DNA of 64,000 bases from Paragordius varius (lineage: Eukaryota; Animalia; Nematomorpha), in contig OZ176054.1 of the NCBI GenBank assembly GCA_964247055.1, positions 6,324,001 to 6,388,000 on the forward strand, written 5' to 3'. Every line of letters starts with the position of its first letter. Position 1 is the first letter of the stretch. The translations under genes were made by a program, and so were the position numbers. Below the pieces are notes generated by a model. The model was not told where the DNA came from. It made no database searches and saw only the letters and a program-made list of their open reading frames with translations. Shown in pieces: positions 20,409-33,793 of the stretch.

Positions 20409-23400
20409 CATTGTGCCCATTAAATAAATAAAAGCAAAAACATTTATTTGAAAATAATGCCTTTTAAATATATAATTTTACTAAAAAAATACGATTCATC
20501 TCGAAATATTTTAGTGTGGCAAATTTGAATTTTTTCTTGTACGTTTTGGGATAAACTTTTTAGATAGAGTCGATGATGGGCCTACCAGAAAAAAATTGGG
20601 GACCAATAAGAGGAGATATTTTACGTATTATGAATAAAAAATTTTTGCGAAATTTAATAGCTTTAATTTTTACCATATTTTATTATTTATATTAATGAAT
20701 TTAACAAAAACAGTTAAATTAGATAAAAAAACTTATTGAAAGCGTTTGTTTAGAAAAATTTGAAATTTCTAACTCGCAAAAAGTATAAACATGTCAGGGT
20801 GCAAAAACATATGGAGGAATTTTATTAACACTCATTATACGAATTGGGTTCTTTGGGAACGCCAGACCTGTTTAAAATTAATTTTTTTAAAAAATATGGA
20901 GCAATTTCAAACCATTGTAAAAGTTCGCACTTATCTAACATTGATTCAACGAAATAAAAAAAGATTCATTCAAAAAACTTGATATTATTTAATTTATGGA
21001 TAAACCTCAAGGAATATAAGCATAAAAAATTAAATAAACCACTTTTTCTGTTATAAATGTTGGATGTGATTTAAATATAAAACTAACTTTCGTTTTAATA
21101 TCAGATAAATACGATATTATCAAAAATGTTGTAAAATAAAAATGGCGTTAAGTTAGAACTAAATTTTATTTAGATTTGGCTTATTTATTTAAAGGATAGA
21201 GGCATAAATTTAAAAAACCGTTTCTTTGAGTACTTTTTAAATAATGTCAACTTAAATATAGTCTGGGGTTCCAGATCCGCTATATTAAATCGAAAAATTA
21301 ACATCACAAGGTACATCTTATTGATATCTACCATTTGCACTTCAAGAGTGTTCTTGAACACTTCAAGTTGGTCCTTGAACAATTCAACTTGGTCCTTGAA
21401 CACTTCAAATTGGTCCTTAAAATTTAAAATTGATTTAACCATAATTTTTATATTTATTTTTTTATTTTATTATTTATTAACCTAATTTTTATTTATTATA
21501 TATTTATTCATATAAAAATAAAATTTTTTATTGAAAAGCCACTTTTTTGTTTCAAACTATTTTTTGTCAAATAAAATAAATGTTTTTAATGAAAAATTGT
21601 AATTAATAACCCAGAAAACTTATATACCTTTTCCTTTCGTATTAAAATCTTATATCCAAACTTATTTTAAGAAATCAATAAAGATATACGGTTTCTTAAA
21701 GATTAAAAGTTGATATCGATTTAAGATTTATGTTAAATATGAAAAAATAGGTTAAAAATAAAATAGATGAATTATTTACGATTTGATTGATAAAAGTTGA
21801 AAACAAAACAAAAAAGTCAAGGACCAACTTGAACTGTTCAAGGACCAACTTGAATTGTTCAAGGACCAACAATCAAGCACTTGAACTGTTCAAGGACACT
21901 CTTAAATTGCAAATGGTATATTTAATTTTTTAATCTAAATTTGCAAAGGTTAAAATAAAAACCAAAACTTTTTTGATAAAATATTCCAACATTATAGTTT
22001 AAAAATATCAATAAAAAATTCCAAATTCAGCAATAATTGCCATAAAAAATGCTTGAATATATTCAATAAAATTTTAGATTAATTAAACTATATTTTGGTA
22101 TGAAAAATGTTTAATTAAACTATATTGAATCTGGATAAAAAATGTTTTGGTTGAAAACTATAACATAATTTTATCTGTATATTAGGATTTGTACCGAAAA
22201 CTTATTTTGCTTTTATCAAATTTTGGCAGCAAAAAGTTTAAAAAAAACAGCTCGAACCATTTTTGTATCAGAGCTGCGATTCTAAATTAAATAATATTAA
22301 CACGCTATAGTTATTATGATTTCTTTCTATATTTAAACCAGCATTATTTAAATTATAAGAGGAAAAAAACATATTGTTTTTTTGATTAAATGTTTTTGAG
22401 GCTAAAGTTTTTATCACAAAAGAACCGAAATTTAAACCATTTGATCACAATACGTCAGGTCGTTAAAAAGATCCAAAATATCTTAAACCTTGTTTTTAGT
22501 CCATAAACTTTTAAAATTATAAGCCTCCTTAAAAAATAAATAATATGGGATGGTAATATTTTAAAGAACAAAAAACTTAAAAATGGCTGTTTTGAATGAC
22601 ATAAAAGCACTAAATAAGTTTTTTAATCAATAAAAAAAATCCTGTTTTATCTTTTTTAAACAATTATCATCTATACAAAGTTTGAGCTATTTTCATTTAT
22701 TAATTTTCAAAATATATTAATTAAGAAAAATGTCGCTTGGCGTGTTTGTCGCTTCCTATGTCCAATATTAACTTTTGATGTAAAACATATTAGTCTCATT
22801 GAAAGTTTTCATTACTCTTTCTAATGATATATTACGAGGCATTTGTTGTATATTTTCCAAGAAAAACATTTTTTACTTAAAAAATTGAATAAAATTCTTA
22901 GGTGGAATTATAATTTTGTTTCAGATATACTGTTAAAATTATAAATATCAGAAAATTCAAAAAACTCGAGTGGCAGAAAAATTTGTTGTCTAGAATACAT
23001 GTCTATAAAATATAAAAGAATAGGGAACAAATATTCCTCATTTTTGATAATTAACATTGTAAAACTTTAACATCGTGTCAATGAGGAGTTTACAAAAACG
23101 TAAATTCCATTTGTGGAATCTATCTAAAATATTGTTAATACTCTAAATTAACTATTGATAATTTCATAAAGTCCTTTGTGAAATATTTTTAGGGAATGCC
23201 TTGACGGCATGTGGCCGACCATCTTCCGACGCTACACCCTTTACATGTTTACTTGTTAAAATGTATTATATCGCAATTCCATTAATTAATCCATGATATA
23301 TCTATATTTGTTAATAAAGATAGTCAAAATAAAGAAGATTTTATTTATGAAATAATACAACCAATGACGGATATTCAATCAACTGAAATCGTAATACCCT

Positions 23401-26400
23401 TGTCCATCGATCAATATCATGACATAAAATCACAAATTCAACAAGGAATCAATGATCATAACTCTTTACCGACAAAAATAAAATCGTTTATACATGTAAA
23501 TAACACCTTTTTAAATGTTATCATGGAAGCCAAACTCATAAATCTTAAAGGCTCAGATAATTTGGAGAATAGGAACCAAAGCGATTCCCATTCGCATTAC
23601 TTAACGTTATACAGAATGGGCAATTGGATTAATCTATCAAAATCTCACCAATTCCTTAATATAGCGATACATTTCAAAATTAATGGTAAAAAGTTTAATC
23701 TGACAATGAAAAATGCTTATTTGGTAATCCTTCGGAAGGATGCATTCTTTGCTAGGAGGTAATTATTAAAATTTATTTAACTCTCCTATACTTATTACAC
23801 AGTGCACACAAAAAGATAACTAGATAAAATATATATTTTTCTGATAGAAAAATGATCAGCATTCTCATGCAGTTTTTGGTTTTGGATAAGGGCTCCAAAT
23901 ATCTCAAAATTTTGGCATTTAAAATAGGCCACATTTGTAAAAATAAAAGCCTCAATGCCGAGATTAAGCGATGATAATTTTATATATATGCTAGAACTAG
24001 ACTATGACAACTAAAATCATTATTTTTTAAATATGCATATTTTTTTTAAAAAAAAATAATTTTTAGCGAAAAATATACGCCGAGTATCCGAGTATATCAT
24101 GAAGTTTCGCATAGTGGAAACGGTATATAACCACTTAAAAATATAAACACCTTTTCTATTTAATGACGTCAAACATATCTATCACCTTAGAACAGTGGTT
24201 CTTAAACCCGCAGCCCTAAAAGCTTTTTATTGACCCTAACTTATTTATTTGTTTGATATAATTATTTAGAGTAAAAATATCTCAAATGTGTCAAGCAGCT
24301 ATTAATTTTTTATCTGTACACGGCCCTTGATGAGCTCCACTGCTTTAAAATTACCATTAAAAATTTTTAAATTCAGATAGTTTTTTGTAAAATAACACAT
24401 GTTGTTATATTTAACTTAAATTAATACAAATGTATTAATTAGAATTCTAAAATATTGAAATATTTACCGTCATCGATTATAAAACCGCACCATGCCAGAA
24501 ATACCATAAAATACAGTTTACAAATTTTGTTAAAAATTAATTTTTAAGTTTAGAATGCATTTTCTAAAAATATTTTTTTGATAACATAATCTAGCCCAGG
24601 GATACCCACCCAAAAAGTTTAAAGGGCAGCAATAAATATTTATCTTGTATCAAGGGTCGTGCCATCATAGGTGTTAGACACATTTGCAGATATTTATATT
24701 CAATATAAGTACATTAAAATTTTTTATAAATAACTTAGGGAGGGCCATAAAAAAGCACTTTGAGGGCCGCGGTTGGAGTATCTCTATTATATAATTAAAA
24801 ATTTGAGGCAAATTTGGTATTTTTTTATTTTTATAAAAACTTGCCGATTTGTTTGCTTTCGGAGCCCACATCTTAAAATTAAAATTCTAGAAAAATATGT
24901 TTTTCTTTTAAATGTAATAGATGATATATTTTAATAATATCTGAAATGAAACATGCAGCATACCAAAAAAGTGGATTTTGATTTTTCAATATGGAGCAAT
25001 AATAAAATTTTTCCTCGATTTTATGCTCTTATTAAGTGACATAAAATGAGTCTTTAGATGAAAATCGTTTAAAAATTTTGTAGAGTCATTCATGAAACAA
25101 AGAGAACATATAATTTTAATGGATTCGGTTTATGAATGTGCTTACTTGTCATTTATAGTGTTTATTATATTAATGCTGAATACCTTGGTTATTTAGGCCG
25201 ATATAATGATTACATAAAATGTAATTGTATTGTGACTAGATTTGTGCATTTGATTGTTTTTTTAAAAAGTCCGGTCAGACCCAGTCAGACCATGGTCATG
25301 ACCATGACCACTTTTTACTTAAGTGTATATCATACGATATTGGAGATTGTGAATATAATGCTGGAACGACACTTGCGTTTATAATGTCATGTTTTTTCTT
25401 AAAAGCTTGTATTATACATTTTTTGATATTTTGCAAATATATTCAATCAAATTTAAGTTTTCAAATTATTTTTGCCACATGTTTATGGCCTTTTAAATCT
25501 TCAAATACATAGCTTTTAATACCGGATATTAAAAAAAATTACCTAGTTTGTTTTATACTTTCTTTCATCAATGAAATATCCAATTATAAAATGTTTTTGA
25601 TTTTATTGGTTTACATATATGGAATAATTGCATATTTTGCACGAGGCTTGATTGTTTTGTTATTCGAAATAACTGGATATGCTTAAATGCTAATGTTATA
25701 AGGATGGATGTTTAACAATTTTTAATATATTGTTAAATAAGCATATTGAATATCGATTATTTTATATTAAATATTTAATTATATTTTTTAAAAAATATAA
25801 TAAAAAATACTAAAATCTTATACTATCTCTCTTTCAAAAAAAATTTACAAGCATTTTTCAAAAAACAGCTGTTTTTTAAAATGACCATGATCAAAAAATA
25901 AATCTTAATTGTGAGTTATATATGGCCGTATTTCGGAACATAGTTTTAATGAAATTTGAGAGAAATTAAATATATATTATTATTTTAAGGTTAGTTCAAA
26001 AATGAATGCGCAGATAAAGTTAATGTTATGCCTATGAAAAATGAAAATAAATTTATATATTCTCTAAAACTTAAGGGAAATATTTTTCGAAATCCTATAA
26101 AGTCTTATTAAAGGCTATCCTGGTTATTTATAAAAATGCTATTAGGTTAAAAATTATCCAAATTGGTTTTTTAGAAAAGTTACCGGCATAAATTTTAAAA
26201 TAGCATATATTCCTTAATTTGCAACAATTATATAAGAAAATTATAATTAGACAATTTCAGCCACTTCAAAACAATTCAGTAATTTTAACGCGTCGTGATG
26301 CAAGCAACGATCAATGTAGAATGGAAACTATACGGATGGATTTAACTGCTTACTTTAAAACAATTATATACCCACATGACCTTGTAGTAAATTATTGCAC

Positions 26401-26829
26401 AGGTAACTTTTTACAATTTTGAGATATTACAAGTTATATCGCTGACTTGTTATAAAACTTTATAATTCAAACGTATGATTTAAGGAATAAAATTATTAGT
26501 ATATATATACCTTTAGATTAATTTTTAACAAATAATACAATAACATAATACACAATTTACTAAAAGGCCTTGTATAATATTTGGCAGGAATGTGTTCAAA
26601 CGATATAATCGATATTATTGGCAATGATAATTATAAGCTGAGCGCGGCGTTAAAAGCTTTTCATTTAAGGTACGAAGAAAATTTGACTTATAATCACAAA
26701 CATATTGATAGCATGATATCATGTGTCCCCATCGGATACGATAAAACTAAGATTGTCGCTCAAAATGATGAATGGGGTGCCTCCATTTATACTATTGAAG
26801 TTAGTGTTAAAGGATGTATGTGTGCATGA
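20197..26829 (+). CDS. Divergent TGF-beta superfamily ligand, copy A (323 aa prepropeptide)
   Basis: Exons 20197-20266, 20296-20364, 23320-23758, 26251-26402 and 26588-26829 (972 nt, in phase). It has a signal peptide (MIKVSLLILLLTSRVYG), a prodomain and a dibasic site (TRR|DA). The cystine-knot pattern is QC...IIYPHDLVVNYCTGMC...SCVP...VSVKGCMCA*. Confidence 0.85.
21329..21918. mobile_element. Foldback-like MITE, family FB1 (TACCATTTGCAC termini, 21-bp subterminal tandem repeats)
   Basis: Ends are TACCATTTGCACTTCAAGAGTG and CACTCTTAAATTGCAAATGGTA. Arrays of TTCAAGTTGGTCCTTGAACAC occur in inverted orientation at the two ends. It lies in intron 2 of TGF-beta copy A. Confidence 0.85.
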
Positions 26830-27094
26830 TTATTACCATTTTTCCAATCATTTACCGCGTCTAATTTATTTTTGTCTCTTTTTTGTAATATAATTTTTTA
26901 TATTATCCGAATAAATTTTGATTATACATGTATATATATACAAGTCATTTTCAAGTCATTTTTTACCAATTAACATGCCTATTTAAAATTACCATTCATG
27001 ATAATTAGACAACAAAGAGTGAAAACGCTTTCATAAAATCTCCTCCCTTTGTTTTGTATTGAAAATTTTTTTGCATACGTCTTATAATCTAATA

Positions 27095-27270
27095 TTTAAT
27101 TACCAATGCTGAACGTAAAATGAACAGTTTCCAATCATTCCAATCATGCTTGTAATGACAATTTATCTTAATCTTTTTAAAACAATCATCGCAATTTACA
27201 ATTTGTTGATGGCATACAGTTTTAAATCGTTCGGCTTGTGTACTTTTTCACATATATGAACTCTAACATT
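27095..27270 (-). pseudogene. TANGO2: Frameshifted remnant of the TANGO2 last exon, copied with TGF-beta copy A
   Basis: Aligns with 47650-47830 (NVRVHICEK...CHYKHDWNDWK versus NIRVHIREK...CHYKHDWTDWK). An A-run has 5 bases instead of 6, which shifts the frame. The 26830-27090 spacer is also homologous to 47374-47650. Confidence 0.85.
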
Positions 27271-27684
27271 TTGGTTTTTAAAAAATCATTCAAGCATTAT
27301 TGAAAGGGTCGAAACAAATTTAATATCAATTTTCAATGATTTACTGCACCAGTATTAGGCCGAGGGCAAACAAAAAAACTCATTTTTAAAAGAAACTGTA
27401 AGTATGAAAATAGATGCTGTAATATTCAACCAAAAATTGCTAGGAATTATCTTCAATTGGTCTATTATCAACCATTAATATAACACTAGTCGACAAATTT
27501 GGACATTTTTGAGCACCACCGCTCAAACTTTTAAATTATAACTTATTTCAGTGTTTTAAACCCGAATGTGAAAAAATTTTTGATCCCGCCAATCAGAATT
27601 TTGAAATATTATAGGTTTTTCAATTTTTCAAAAACAAGAGAAAATCGAGAGAAAATTAAATATAACTTTATAATAAAATGTTAT

Positions 27685-28622
27685 TATATTATAAACTTAA
27701 TATCATTTAATAAAGCGTTTTAAACTCTATCTTTTGAATATAAATATGTCATTTAAATATCAAAGAGAAAAAAAATAGTACGGGCTTAAACGTCAAAATT
27801 TAGTCTTTTTCTTTCAAGTGAATTTTTAATACGTATAAAAAATTTTTAAAAAAATACTAAAAAAGGCATTCTATGGTTTAAACCTTCGGCTTTCAGATAG
27901 GCTATATTTTTTTGTTAGTTTTCGTTCTTTCGAGTACTTATTAGACTTTTTCTCTTGAGTTGCTTCTTATAAAAAATCCTTTATTTATACCTAGTGGATA
28001 TACCTTATTTTTCAAAAATTATTGGTTGTTTTGTATTTTGAATTTCAGATGGATGTTGTGTAGCCACTTTTAGTAGAATTTACTGTTATGGGGTTGGACC
28101 ATTTGTATTATACCTAATTTATATTCAATTTAATTGTAGAATTTATCTAACTTTATTCTGTAAATTGGTTAATTGACATGTCGATTTGCCACGATTTTGC
28201 TTGCAAGTCTCTCTTATCGAACTTTACGATTACTTATTGTTATCTTTGCCATATCTGGCATAATTGGATCGCTTGGGGGATATGCAGAGCTTGTGCAGCC
28301 GGGATCTATCACACTATACATAGGCCCCTTTTAGATTTTTAATACTTTGGCTCTTAGCTTGTTTAGTATCTTATTTAATGCCTAGAATTTTGTTATTCAT
28401 GCATGGAATATTACTTGTAGCGACTTGTTCGTTTGAATATTTAAACATATGTACACGAGGAATGATTGTTATTTTTAAATTAAATACAAATTTAAAAATT
28501 AAATTTCGGAAAAATCCTATTGGTGGCCTCAATTTTCTTTTTTGTTTTGGCCTTTCCATGCCATTAGGTATCAGAAAATGCAAAAATAATTGGGTGGTGC
28601 AAAACCTTGTTGAGCAGTGTAA
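27685..28622. repeat. ~0.95-kb segment repeated in inverted orientation at ~34985-36260
   Basis: Collinear reverse-complement similarity is visible throughout, for example GCAAAACCTTGTTGAGC, TTTGCCATATCTGGCAT and TTTGAATTTCAGATGGATGT. Confidence 0.85.
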
Positions 28623-28644
28623 TTCACTCTGCATGGAAGAATGT

Positions 28645-29150
28645 TTCTAAGAGTAAAGAAATTTGTGAGATGATAAAAGTTGCGTTGGAATTCAATATAA
28701 ATCCTGAGCAATTATTAACCCTTACGAGCGATAATGCTAGAAATTTGTCTCACACTGATATTTAGATGCTTTAAATTTGGAAATTGATGAATAAAATGAA
28801 TCAATTGAACTCATTTTTCAATCTCTAAATGATGTAATCGGGTTAAATTTTGAATTGGTTATTTCCTTAACTTATCAAATAATTAGATAATATTGGCTTC
28901 ATTAGATGTACTACGCATGCTCTTCAATTGGGAGTAAATGATGTTTTAAAGTCCAAAATGTCATTAATTAAAAAAGTTCACAACGCAAGATCTCAAAGTC
29001 TTTGCGAAAATCATCCTACATGGCTCAGTTGGATATGATAGGGGCTCAAGTTCTTTTAAATATGCCCACAAGATGGATCTCGATATATGTCATGATAAAC
29101 GATTACGTATTTTATCAGATCTTTTGGTATCTGGAAGAAGTTAATGTTTG
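28645..29150 (+). pseudogene. Decayed hAT transposase fragment
   Basis: Broken frames give KEICEMIKVALEFNINPEQLLTLTSDNARN (the xTDNAxN catalytic-Asp motif), IRCTTHALQLGVNDVL (CxxH motif) and NMPTRWISIYVMI (PTRWNS motif), in the canonical order. Confidence 0.8.
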
Positions 29151-29889
29151 AATTAAATCACTTAAATAGTTGTATAATGGGGCTGAATAGACAACAGCAA
29201 AAAATCCAACTCTTTCACCTGAGTCTATTAAAATCCTCGTTTTATAGGAGATTTTATACGAAAATGCACTGCATTAACCTATTGGCTCATTATAGACGTA
29301 TCACGTCGAATGAATTTTATTTAAATGATAGTGCAGTGGCGTACCGAGCATTTGCGGCGCCCGGGGCATAAAACTCTTATGCCCCCCCCCCTCCTTTTTT
29401 TGAAAGCCAATTTTATCAATCTTCGTTCTGCCTCTTTCCAAGTAGTAAATGCTTTTTGATGATAGGCTATTTTCATGATGGATTAATTTATCTTTTTCTC
29501 TCCATTAATTAAGCCATGCGTAGTTATAAATGATGATGGTAAATAATTAGATCGACCACAAAGTAGGCAAAAAAAACAATACGCAGACTGTTCTTTGGTG
29601 AATATAAAAGCCAAGACCACTCAACTTCAAATCCTTCTTTTTTACCACGTCGAAAAAACCGAGATTGGGGCATTGAACGGTGATTTTTTTTCAAAGAGAA
29701 TGAATTTAATTTAAAATGCTTAAGATCCACGAATAATCATTTCTGTGTGAAGTTGATTAGATATTACCGAAACATTATTATTAATAAATTTTAAAAAGAC
29801 GACATCATTAGCCTCTACATGTATAGCGCTTGAAATTACTAATGGCATATTTGTGGTTTTCTCATCTCTATTTATTGGATCAATAGGGT

Positions 29890-30735
29890 TAGTAGTCGGC
29901 TCGCATTTTTAATTTAGGCCCTCTTTTTACCCGCTCCCCCCGTAAAATGCCACTTTTTCAAAAAAAATAGGTCCACAAAAATAATTATTTGATTCTATTT
30001 TTCGCCCAAGGTATGAGACCGTAAAAATTCATAAAGATTGCACGTATTCCCTGTTAAAGGCTAAAATTTTAGTCAAGCGTTTCTTTGATGATAGCTGCTG
30101 GGTAAGGAGCTACCGCTAAAAACTGATCCGTCATGTGGCTTTGTGATCTGATTCTGGAAAACCGGTAGACCCATTCAAATCCAAATATCGGAAAAATATA
30201 ATCATTGATGAAGGCCCCGTAGCTTTGCCCTTATTTTGAATTAGGCCCCCAGTTCGGGCCCACCCCGCGTGAAAAACAGGTTTTTTTGAAAACAGAAATC
30301 CACAAAAATTGTATCTTTGAGGCAATTTTCCGGAGAACGTGTTGGACCATTAAATTTCAAATATAATTTTTGTTTAGTTATTTTCGATTGCGCCGAACAT
30401 ATTCGGCTCGCATTTTTAATTTAGGCCCTCTATTTACCCACTCCCCCTGTAAAATGCCATTTTTTCAAAAAATAAAATCTAACAAAAATAATTTTTAGAT
30501 TCGATTTTTCGCCCAAGGTATGAGACCGTTTAAATTCAATAAAGATTCGACATATTCCCTGTTAAAAGGCAAAAATTTTAGATAAGGGTTTCTTTCATGA
30601 TAGCTGCTGGTTAAAATACCCGCGAAAAACTGACCCGTCATCTCAAAAGAGCGTACTTTTGGGGCTAAATTTTAAAAAACCTATCAGGCCATATGAGTTC
30701 AATAGCTGCTTAAAGTATTACCCGTAAAGAGTTAA
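29890..30735. repeat. Dispersed ~0.5-0.8 kb repeat family (also at ~37130-37710 and, inverted, ~51660-52130)
   Basis: Shared blocks include GCTCGCATTTTTAATTTAGGCCCTCTTTTTACCCGCTCCCCCCGTAAAATG and GGCTTTGTGATC...GGAAAACCGGTAGACC. This copy has an internal ~240-bp duplication and ends in ...GAGTTAA. Confidence 0.8.
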
Positions 30736-31074
30736 AAAAAGTCGAGCAAATTTTTTGATATAACCGTTAAAAAGGCCTTTTACTCCCTAAAAAATGCGCT
30801 ATCATTTAACTATTACTTAATTTTGAAGCCATTTTTCCATAAACGATTAGAAAAGAATGATGATTCCAGGTACAAAGGCAAAATTTTGTATCTAACTACA
30901 TATTGGTCTCTGGGTAGTTGGCTACCCGCCTATACCTAAGCCATCATATCCATACAGCATGCCTTTGGAGCCAAATTTCAGAATATGAGACTATGTGAAT
31001 CAAAACTTCGTGCCGCATAACAAAATTGCTTATAAAATCAAAAATATATTAAGCTCATTTCAAATAAAATTGTG

Positions 31075-31926
31075 CCGGAGTGGTTCTTTAACAAATGGAA
31101 CCAGAACCGCGTTTTTAAAAATTTTACGGTTCCGGAACCGGTTCTTACATTTAGAACCGGTTCCATTTTCGGTTCCTGACTTTTGATTAAATAATTTTCT
31201 TACAGAATTATTATAATAAAAATAAAACCAAAATATTACAATTATAAATCAAACAATTAATTTATAAATTGCCAAATGTATAGTGAAAGAAATATAGTGT
31301 AGCATCATAAATGATACAAATTATATATAATACGAAAATCTATAAGTACAAAGGTATATAATGAGTGTTAAATTAAGTATGGCATCTAAAAAATCTTTTA
31401 ACTTTAAAATTATTGCCCCAAGCAATTCGCTGGTTAAAATGCCTTTCAGGTCTGAAAATATAAAATTAAGGGTAAAAAACTCCTTTCATCGGAGACCTAT
31501 ATATCCTAACATATGTATTATAAATAAACTTGAGTTATGATTATGACTAATTTTTTTAAAACTAAATCGCCCAAAATTCACAGAGTATCGCAAACATAAT
31601 ATTAGGCGCCTAGAATAGGTTTGATGTTTGAAGTATTTAATATGTAGTGTTACAATCAAATTTAAATAATAAAATAAAATTTTTATAATAAAAATCATAT
31701 AAGAACTACTAATTAAGGGGGTGGAACCGGAACCCAGGTTGGTTCCTGAACGGCTGGAACCGGAACCCGGTTGGTTTAAAATAGGTAGAATCGGGATGGT
31801 TCCTGAAATTTTGGAATGGGTACCGGGGTGATCCCTGGGGAAGTGGAACCGGAACCGCGATGGTTCCATCCACATGGAACCGGTTCTCGATAAAATCCCA
31901 GGAACCGGGTTCCGGTTCCAAGCCCT
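31075..31926. mobile_element. hAT-like remnant with GGAACC/GGTTCC subterminal arrays
   Basis: Dense GGAACCGG(AACC) motifs occur in both orientations, and the right end is GGTTCCAAGCCCTG (CAGGGCTTGG on -). The same motif cluster occurs at ~8120-8190. The left terminus was not found. Confidence 0.6.
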
Positions 31927-33600
31927 GATAAAAACATTTTTATAACATTTTGTGCAAATTTCAATTTTAGATTTTTATATGTTTCAAAACGAATTCTTAT
32001 ATATTTTCATATGCATATGTTACCTAATAAATATATCATCAATGAATATTAATTTATTTTTCTTTTATATTTGGGGTCGTTAAGAAACTCGCATTCATAA
32101 ATGGGGTCGGGAATTACAAAAGTTTAAGAAGCCCTGGCATATAGAGATAATGTTATTTCTTTTTTGGCGATGTATGACACTATTTAGCGAATAGATAATC
32201 CCAAATAAAAATCCGAGGTAAACAATTATAGGTGAGGACTTCACCACTGTAGATTTTTAGGAATTTTCTTAAATAACGTGTCTAATATGTCAAAGAATGA
32301 AAATTTTCGAATTCGGGTCAATATTATAAATATATTTTTATTGAAAAAATTGAATTTGTTATGCATTCTTTGGGGTAGAAAATTATCTTCAAAGGTTGCA
32401 ATGTGCAGTACAAAAATTTAAAAAACACCTGCTCGTGGTGATGCCTGTGGAAAAAAGTATAAATTATATCCTTGAACTATCAGTATTTTCTTCAATATCG
32501 AATTATAATAAGTCATTATATTCATGAATATATTAAAAAAATATTAACCATTAAATTTCCTTTTATCTTTAATTTAATCTTATAAATAAATCCATCTAAT
32601 TAAAAATAGGTTTATTGCGAAGAAACTTTGACATGGTGCGATAAATAAGGTAAATGTTTTAGCACGAGGGACATATATTTTTTCTTGAAAGTAAATTTGG
32701 GCCCCAAAATTTAGCGCTAACGTTAAAAATAAATCATCGAAAAATTTAAATTTTAAATCGGCTTAGAATTTTATCTTAAAAATTGGTGCTTTTTTATAAA
32801 TATGAAAATGTTTTTTATATTGGAAAGATTCTAATAGCTTGAAACAATAAATGTATTGGGTGGTTTTTAAATCAGGGATTGGCCAAAAATGTAGAGGCAG
32901 CATTTTCAACTAGATAATATCAGCGGGCAGCATCAAAAAATATACGGGCATTAATGATATCTTATAAGATTTCAAACATCAAACTGTAAAAAATTTCAAA
33001 AACAGTATCAATATTATTTATTTCATCAATTTTGCTAGTTTTTTTTTAATAATTTTGAAAAAAAAATATGCAAATTTATTTGTTAAATAATACTAATTTC
33101 AAGTTTTTGTAATTCATAAGAAATTTGATTACAATATCTTAAGAGGTAAACAACCGTATAGATTTATTAGGATTGAATAAAATTTGTTAGTTAATAATGG
33201 TTACAAAAATTTTAATTTTCTACCTCCGCGCGGTAGCACCCTGAACATAAGTAATGATGAATAAATCTCACTTTTAATGCTCTTTATATCATAAGATTCT
33301 TATAGTTTATTACATTTGTTAACTTTATTGTTATTATTGTGTTTTTATTGTTTAAAAATTTAATAATAGTAGTAAAAAAATATAAAATTATTATTTATAT
33401 TAAATACGCCATCTCTTTATAGTAATTATTTTAATAATGATATATGTAATATACAACAAATTTTAAGTTACAACATTGTGCATCAACTCTTGAATGTCAT
33501 TATCCATATAATTATATGCAAAAAACTAATAAACTCATTCATACTTTTAATTTTTATGACAGTTTTCCACAGCTATGGTCTGATAAATGATTAATAGATA

Positions 33601-33793
33601 CAGTATGAGTAAGTATATATTGCCAGAAAGTTATTAATTATTAGCAAAAAGCATATGCAGCAAAAAAATTATCATTGACAAATATTAATAAAAACTCAAA
33701 AACATAATTATAAGCCAATAATACTGCCCTTTGTTGTCTATGCTATTTGGCAATAATTAATAACTATTTAGCAATGTATACTTATTCATACTG
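33601..33793. mobile_element. Tc1/mariner-type palindromic MITE
   Basis: Termini are TA|CAGTATGAGTAAGTATA and TATACTTATTCATACTG|TA, and the arms are inverted for ~60 bp. Confidence 0.75.

Noticed and set aside
28715-28730. TTAACCCTT as a piggyBac left end pairing with 30735
   Set aside because: It lies inside the hAT transposase reading frame (LLTLTSDN), and TIR similarity is weak.
31486-31964. Overlapping Pro/Gly/Arg-rich ORFs
   Set aside because: They arise from GGAACC subterminal motifs of a transposon remnant.
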